This document shows, piece by piece, positions 17,484 through 23,109 of a stretch of 32,000 bases of DNA; within the stretch, counting starts at the first letter, position 1, and every line of letters begins with the position of its first letter. Position numbers and translations under genes: made by a program. Source of the stretch: Sulfuricurvum sp. Lineage in GTDB: Bacteria; Campylobacterota; Campylobacteria; Campylobacterales; Sulfurimonadaceae. A model generated the notes under the pieces. It was not told the origin of the DNA and ran no database searches. It worked only from the letters and a program-made list of their open reading frames with translations. Location of the stretch: NCBI RefSeq assembly GCF_031427015.1, contig NZ_JASJOW010000003.1, forward strand, positions 368,272 through 400,271. Reading direction: 5' to 3'.

Positions 17484-18338
17484 ATGTCACAAGAAGTTCT
17501 TAAAAAATTGATTATCGAAAAAGTGTATCGAAACGGTTCCGTGATGATCGAAGAAGATGAGATTATTGCCGAAGAGCGAATCGACTTTTATCTAAACGGA
17601 ATGAAACTCCTCTCCGTCATGGGGATCGCACAGGATCAAGATGCCCATATCGTCGGGTTTTTGATGAGTGAAGGGGTTATTACGCATGTGGAAGATATCC
17701 ATTCTTTAAGAATTTCCGATAACGGTTTATCGGTTTACATTGACGCATCGGTTAATGAAGATAATATTCAGAACCTTTTTAAAGAGAAGACTCTCACCAC
17801 AGGATGCTGCGTCGGTGTGACGGGAAATGTGGAAGATAAAATCGTCAAAGAGTTTAATCGCTCTACGGTTAGCTATAACGTTGATATGCTGTTTGACGAA
17901 GTGGATCGTTTTTACGGCAGCAGTGCATTGTTCCGCCAAAGCGGATGCGTCCATAAAGCACGATTGGTACTGAAAGAGGGTGAAGCGATCGAAGCGGAAG
18001 ATGTCGGTCGCCATAACGCTATCGATAAAGTGATCGGGAAAGCCAGATTGTCCCGTGCCGATACCCAAGACGCTTTCTTGATCGTAAGCGGCAGACTCTC
18101 GATGGAGATGGTTGTCAAATGTGTCATGCACGGTATTACGATGGTGATTTCTAAAGCGGCTCCGACACGGTTGGGGATTAAAACCGCCCAACTTCACGGT
18201 ATTACATTGATCGGATTCGCACGAGAGGGGAAAATGAATCTCTATACCCACTCCTCGCGCGTCGATACCGCGCATACGGTAATTCAAGCCGATTCGACCC
18301 CATGCATCATAGAAGAGGTGTGTGTTGCAGCCTCTTAA
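17484..18338 (+). CDS. fdhD: Formate dehydrogenase accessory sulfurtransferase FdhD
   Basis: 284 aa with the GRHNAIDKVIG motif, a Cys pair in TTGCCVGV, and SGRLSMEMVVK, typical of the FdhD/NarQ family. Confidence 0.88.
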   Translation: MSQEVLKKLIIEKVYRNGSVMIEEDEIIAEERIDFYLNGMKLLSVMGIAQDQDAHIVGFLMSEGVITHVEDIHSLRISDNGLSVYIDASVNEDNIQNLFKEKTLTTGCCVGVTGNVEDKIVKEFNRSTVSYNVDMLFDEVDRFYGSSALFRQSGCVHKARLVLKEGEAIEAEDVGRHNAIDKVIGKARLSRADTQDAFLIVSGRLSMEMVVKCVMHGITMVISKAAPTRLGIKTAQLHGITLIGFAREGKMNLYTHSSRVDTAHTVIQADSTPCIIEEVCVAAS

Positions 18339-19377
18339 AAAGCTCTATTGTCTCGATGTCAACCACGCACCGAGCTTTCAGCCGTTTGATTCCGCACCCA
18401 TAGGGATACGCTTACGCAGCGGCGACGGTGAAAGTCTTGAACTCTTAAAAAATCTAAATCGCTCCTTTGCATCGGCTTTCGGATATTCCGAAGCGGTGTT
18501 TTGCAATTTTTCACCTGCGGCTTTGAGCTTTTTTATCGATCAGGCGGTTCCTTCAAAAGAGATCATTGCCTTCTCTTCAAAACTTCCTCATAATCTCTAT
18601 CATGCCGGACAATTTCTCGAAAAATCAGGACGCACTGTTCTCTGGATAGAAGCTGATGCCGAGGGGAGACTCAGTGAGGATTCTTTGGCATCGGCAAAAG
18701 AGCGCGGAGCTCGCTATTTGGTGTGCAGTGCGGTCGATGAAGATACGTTTTATGTCGAGTCGATGAAAAGAGTTAACCGATATTTTGATATGAAACATCT
18801 GATTTTGGATTTGAGCAACGCGTTGAAGCTCGAAAATATCCCCAAAGCTTTTGCCGCATTCGTTTGGGGCTACAAAGTGGGTTCCTTTAAACATTCGGGT
18901 ATTTTCCTTTGCAGTAAATGTTCCTTTACGGACATGGTTCCCTCTATCGACTTAACGGTGTATGACCATTTTTATCATACGTATATGAAAACGGCAAATG
19001 ATTCGTATGAGAACATGGGAGAGATACGAGATTGTTTTGTAAAACAGATTACGGAGGCTTTGGGGTGCAGAGTGAAGTTAATGATAAATCCTAGCTTCAC
19101 TCTGCCGAATTCCTGTTATATCGGATTTGACGGTGTATTTGCCCGAGATTTGATCCGATCTATGGCAATTGAAGGGATTTTTTTAACCAACGGAGAGCTT
19201 TGTTCTCTGGGGTTGTCTCAACCCTCACGTATTCTAAAGGTTATGGGATATTCAACGGAAGAAGCCAGCACGGCGATTAGTTTTTCATTTGGAAAAATGA
19301 CGCAGGAAGAGGTAGAGAGTATCGGTGAAAAAATAATCTATAAATATAGACAGTTGAGAGCAATACTGGTTGATTAA
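18322..19377 (+). CDS. Divergent, N-terminally short NifS/IscS-like class V aminotransferase-fold protein (putative cysteine or selenocysteine desulfurase/lyase)
   Basis: 351 aa, with a GTG/TTG start overlapping the fdhD end by 17 nt. The C-terminus NGELCSLGLSQPSRILKVMGYSTEEASTAISFSFGKMTQEE aligns with the IscS active-site Cys loop SGSACTS...EPS.VL.A.G...IRFS.G. WGYKVGSFKHSG aligns with the PLP-lysine motif SGHKIYGPKG. ILDLSNA aligns with HVDATQ. Confidence 0.65.
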   Translation: MLQPLKKLYCLDVNHAPSFQPFDSAPIGIRLRSGDGESLELLKNLNRSFASAFGYSEAVFCNFSPAALSFFIDQAVPSKEIIAFSSKLPHNLYHAGQFLEKSGRTVLWIEADAEGRLSEDSLASAKERGARYLVCSAVDEDTFYVESMKRVNRYFDMKHLILDLSNALKLENIPKAFAAFVWGYKVGSFKHSGIFLCSKCSFTDMVPSIDLTVYDHFYHTYMKTANDSYENMGEIRDCFVKQITEALGCRVKLMINPSFTLPNSCYIGFDGVFARDLIRSMAIEGIFLTNGELCSLGLSQPSRILKVMGYSTEEASTAISFSFGKMTQEEVESIGEKIIYKYRQLRAILVD

Positions 19378-19492
19378 ATCATGGGTAAAATATCGGATAC
19401 AATGATTTTAACTTACTTGGAAAAGTAGCATGTCCCCTTTTCCCTCAAGTGACACTAATTGAAATAGTAGGTATAACAAATATCAAGATGAT

Positions 19493-20605
19493 ATGATTTT
19501 GAATTTTTTTTGGAGGATTTATTTGAACAATTTGCTTGAATTGATAGATGGAAGCATTAAAAATGGTATTACTAGTGGTAAAACATTAGATGCAATTATA
19601 TTGATGAGAGGCAGTGATCTAATTAATGCTTTCGAAAAATTCCCATTTTTGCCTATTGAACTTAATTCTGTAGAGAGCTTTCAACTGTTTTTTAATGAAT
19701 CAGAAAGTAATTTTTGGTATTTAAGTGGGGGTATTTTTCATTTTGTAGCTTATTATGGCTATGATGAAAAATTTCCATTAGGTAGATGCTACTACATCAA
19801 ACAAAAAGAATTAATCTACTCTATGCAAATTGCTATGAGGTTTTTTAATAATCATGAGAACTTTTTTAAAGATTGTGATATTGACAATCTTGTAGGTGCA
19901 AAAACTGCAAATGAAAGAGTTGAAAATTATATTTCCAGAAATAAAAATGATGATAAATTAAAAGCAGTAAAAGGTTTATTTGACGGAAGAAAAGAAAATA
20001 CAAGCACATCAAATTGCCTTTATTTAAAAACGGAAGGTTGCTTAGTATGCGGAAAAAGAATTACACATCACGTCTCTTCAACTGTAACAAATACTGAGAC
20101 TGGTATTATGATTGCTTTTTTTACGTGTGATAAACACTTTAAAGAAGTTCAAGCGAAGGAATCTAATATGGATTGGCTTTTTGAACAACTTAAAGTTGAA
20201 AATATTTTTCCTACTCAAAAATTAACGCAAGAAGAAATTTATGAAGAAGTAAAGCTGTCAATTGAAGACGGACTTGAATGTATTATCGAAAAGGTAAATG
20301 ATTCAAAAAAAGAAATTACCTGTAAAAGAATTAAATCAAATTTAAAAATAATATTGCGAATTACTGCTCCTTTTGATTATGCCTATATGTTTTATGACAC
20401 AAATGGAAAACAAATTTTAAGAATCGATTCTGCAAATCATCACAAAGATAAATTAAAATTTGGACCGGATCATATACATTTAGAGCCTGAATTAGAAAAT
20501 AGTAATGTTAAAGAGAGCTTTACGACAGGTTTTCTTTATTTTGATTTTAAAGGTATTAAAAATCATATAAATAAATTAGAAAACGAATTTGTTTATGATT
20601 TATAA
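19493..20605 (+). CDS. Hypothetical protein; the C-terminal ~100 aa resemble the TumE/DUF6516 toxin-antitoxin family, and a central Cys/His cluster is present
   Basis: 370-aa ORF in AT-rich DNA. YMFYDTNGKQILRIDSANHHKDKLKFGPDHIHLEPE resembles the DUF6516 pattern (..Y.....G..L.RYDN..H......PHH.H), from memory. CLVCGKRITHH...CDKH looks like a zinc site. An alternative start is TTG 19523, 6 nt after GGAGG. Confidence 0.5.
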   Translation: MILNFFWRIYLNNLLELIDGSIKNGITSGKTLDAIILMRGSDLINAFEKFPFLPIELNSVESFQLFFNESESNFWYLSGGIFHFVAYYGYDEKFPLGRCYYIKQKELIYSMQIAMRFFNNHENFFKDCDIDNLVGAKTANERVENYISRNKNDDKLKAVKGLFDGRKENTSTSNCLYLKTEGCLVCGKRITHHVSSTVTNTETGIMIAFFTCDKHFKEVQAKESNMDWLFEQLKVENIFPTQKLTQEEIYEEVKLSIEDGLECIIEKVNDSKKEITCKRIKSNLKIILRITAPFDYAYMFYDTNGKQILRIDSANHHKDKLKFGPDHIHLEPELENSNVKESFTTGFLYFDFKGIKNHINKLENEFVYDL

Positions 20606-20794
20606 TTGTGCTAATTATTCTAAACTTTATCGTTTTTCCCACAACAAAATCATCGTTACATCTTTCAAAATAAACTGACTAATCTTAAAAAATGAAATCT
20701 CAATGGAAATAAAGACAGGCTACTTTTTAGCAGAAAAGTGGGATTAGCTATTCAATCTTCATTTCGGAAGAGTGGGGGGCGAGTATAGCTATTT

Positions 20795-21406
20795 TTAAAA
20801 TTTCAACAATCCAACCAAAATAATCTCTTCCATTTTAGAACAATCTGTTTCCATGCAATTAATGGATGCTGTAATAAAAGCATCATCATTCAAAGTATCT
20901 GCATAATCGATGTATTCGTACCCGTTGTAGGTTACTATCATGTCAAAAAATAACCGTAAGGTTCGACCGTTTCCTTCATTAAACGGGTGTAGAACGATAA
21001 GCTCACACATATAATACGCCAACCGCTTTACAAACTCTTCACGTAGTGTTATAGACTCAAAATCTCGTAGATAATTTTCTGCTTCAAGCTGTTTGAAAAT
21101 ATCATGTGAGAAGCTTTCCAAATTCATGTAGGGGCAAAACATACTTGTACCCTTAGAAATATTAACGGTACGATAGTCACCTGCCCACGTGTAGAGTTTT
21201 TTAAATAAATGGTGATGAATCGAGGTGAGATAGTTTTTATCGAAAATGGTGTTTTCTTCTAAGGTAGTATGGAAATACTCATAGCTTTGCAAAAGAAGCT
21301 CTCGCTCTAACTCATGAATCAGTTGAGAGTTGTGTATGTCGAGTTTATTGATGGGGATGTCGCTGTCTTGGTAGTAAATATGTTCAGAGGGAGGGTAATA
21401 TTTCAT
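20795..21406 (-). CDS. fic: Fic-domain protein (class I FicT / E. coli Fic-type adenylyltransferase toxin)
   Basis: 203 aa with the canonical motif HPFNEGNGRTLR (HxFx[D/E]GNGRxxR). The architecture resembles E. coli Fic (LAYYMCELIVLHPF...). No internal (S/T)xxxE(G/N) inhibitory helix was noticed. Confidence 0.88.
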   Translation of the reverse strand: MKYYPPSEHIYYQDSDIPINKLDIHNSQLIHELERELLLQSYEYFHTTLEENTIFDKNYLTSIHHHLFKKLYTWAGDYRTVNISKGTSMFCPYMNLESFSHDIFKQLEAENYLRDFESITLREEFVKRLAYYMCELIVLHPFNEGNGRTLRLFFDMIVTYNGYEYIDYADTLNDDAFITASINCMETDCSKMEEIILVGLLKF

Positions 21407-21534
21407 TTATGAGAAAGGATTTTTTTGACTTGATCTTTCACTTCTTTTTTATCGACAGGTTTGTACCCCTCAATCATTTGAGAGACGTTGACTGCTTTAA
21501 GTGCTTTTTGTGCTGAAAAGGGAGGTTTGCTCAT
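21403..21534 (-). CDS. Small antitoxin of the VbhA/FicA/YhfG type (43 aa), not in the ORF track
   Basis: Minus-strand translation is MSKPPFSAQKALKAVNVSQMIEGYKPVDKKEVKDQVKKILSHK. It contains SQMIEG, which matches the inhibitory motif (S/T)xxxE(G/N). AAGGA lies 7 nt upstream of the ATG, and the TGA stop overlaps the fic ATG (ATGA). Confidence 0.75.
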   Translation of the reverse strand: MSKPPFSAQKALKAVNVSQMIEGYKPVDKKEVKDQVKKILSHK

Positions 21535-21768
21535 AGAACTGTCCTTTTTTGGTGCCCTGATTATTTATGTATTTTAGCATAGATAAGAGCTGATGTAAAA
21601 TGTAATAATTAGTGTGCCCAAGTTGTGCCAAAGTGAGGTATTTTTTAACGACTATTGAGCTTAAAAAATCCCTAAATTAGCCTATGTAAGGCACTACTGC
21701 AACACTTTTTTTATTCAAATAGAATACTTTATGTATATTGTTTCAAACAATCGCTTGCAGGGAGAATT

Positions 21769-22074
21769 TTGAATCAGTGTTTGGTAAGTATATGTGAGAG
21801 ATTTGAAAAAATTAATGATTTTCTCACACACAGGTCACAAGAGCAAGAGGAGATCGTGACACAACTTTTTCTCGATTTCGTGGAGTGTTTCTCATCGGTG
21901 GGTGCAGAAAAACTGGAGTATCCAAAAGAGTTTCAAAAAGATGTGAAATACTTTTCGCAAGGCGAACCGATCATGATGAAACAATTTGAAGATATAGAAT
22001 TTCGCTATTTGATGTTGAGTGATTTTGTCGATTTTTGCAGGTTGACAAAAAGGTATAAAAATAGGGATCTTTAG
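21769..22074 (+). CDS. Hypothetical 101-aa acidic protein (TTG start)
   Basis: The ORF has GGGAGA 4 nt upstream. No motif was recognised. Its 3' end overlaps the convergent msrA stop by 4 nt. Confidence 0.35.
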   Translation: MNQCLVSICERFEKINDFLTHRSQEQEEIVTQLFLDFVECFSSVGAEKLEYPKEFQKDVKYFSQGEPIMMKQFEDIEFRYLMLSDFVDFCRLTKRYKNRDL

Positions 22075-22610
22075 CGAAACCTTTTGACATACGCGTGGCA
22101 ATAGGGCTGTTTGGCATTTTTGACATAGTAGTCTTGATGATAGGTTTCGGCAGGATAAAATACAGAGAGCGGGAGGAGTTTCGTCGCGACCTTATAACCG
22201 TTGGCGTTCAGTTCTTTTATCAAAGAGCGGACAATTCGGCGCTCTTTTTCATCGCTTACAAATATGGCGGATAGATACTGCTCTCCGATGTCGGGCCCTT
22301 GACCGTCGTGCTGGGTAGGATCGTGAATCTCGAAAAAAGCTTTTGTCAGTGTTTCATACGAGATAAGTGCGGGATCATAGATCACTTCGACGGTCTCTAA
22401 ATGACCTGTGGTATGACGCACCACCTGTGCATAGGTAGGATTTTTGACATGACCACCCATGTATCCTGATTGTACTTTTTTAACCCCTTTGAGTTTTTCA
22501 AGATGATATTCAACACCCCAAAAACACCCTCCTGCATAGTAGGCTTTTGACAAAGTCGAAGCATACACCATCACAGAAGTAAAGATGAGCAGAATCCATA
22601 ATGATTTCAT
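22071..22610 (-). CDS. msrA: Peptide-methionine (S)-S-oxide reductase MsrA with an N-terminal signal peptide
   Basis: 179 aa with signal-like MKSLWILLIFTSVMVYAS followed by the catalytic GGCFWGVE motif and HDPTQ...GQG.D.G.QY. Confidence 0.9.
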   Translation of the reverse strand: MKSLWILLIFTSVMVYASTLSKAYYAGGCFWGVEYHLEKLKGVKKVQSGYMGGHVKNPTYAQVVRHTTGHLETVEVIYDPALISYETLTKAFFEIHDPTQHDGQGPDIGEQYLSAIFVSDEKERRIVRSLIKELNANGYKVATKLLPLSVFYPAETYHQDYYVKNAKQPYCHAYVKRFR

Positions 22611-22758
22611 ACTAGGTACTCCAATCGGCTAATAGTGTCATGATGTAAGTTTATTCAATACACCCAAATGCCATATTTGTAATATGGTACTCTTTTGTAC
22701 TTCTGCTTCGAAATCGAAACAATCTTTTTAGAAAACGTAACATAGGTAACCTTTCATA

Positions 22759-22825
22759 CAAAGAGGATCTCTCTTTGGTGATAAACAGCGTCTGTTTATG
22801 AATGAAAGTGATCACGAAAGATCAC
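22759..22825. other. Three tandem perfect hairpins in the msrA / glycogen-operon intergenic region
   Basis: CAAAGAG-GATCT-CTCTTTG (22759-22777), ATAAACAG-CGT-CTGTTTAT (22781-22799) and GTGATC-ACGAAA-GATCAC (22808-22825). They are followed by AGGAGG (22845-22850) and a 12-codon ORF (22857-22895). Confidence 0.4.
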
Positions 22826-23109
22826 TTCACCGAACGTATTAAACAGGAGGCATTCTATGACAGGGAATGCAAGTAGTATGCCACTATACGGATGAGAATT
22901 TTATAAGCATTTATGATCATTCAAATCTTTTCAGCTAGTTTAATAATTTGACGCTCTAGGAGAGAAAAAATATCACATTTCTTAATGTTTTATAAACAAA
23001 TGATCGATTTGTATTAAATCTGTGTTATGATTTAAGGAGATATCAAAAAGTAAGTTTAAACCGTACGCTTAGTGCATAAAGCTATGCTTTTCTTTTTAAA
23101 AGGAGTCCG

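Noticed and set aside
17727-18287. A 186-aa minus-strand ORF, together with other antisense or overlapping ORFs: 512-871, 1230-1463, 1678-2008, 10901-11269, 12283-12714, 15891-16310, 16069-16446 and 28247-28723.
   Set aside because: All are nested inside genes with strong family signatures on the other strand or frame. They lack ribosome-binding sites and recognisable motifs and have Arg/Ser/Cys-rich shadow-frame composition.
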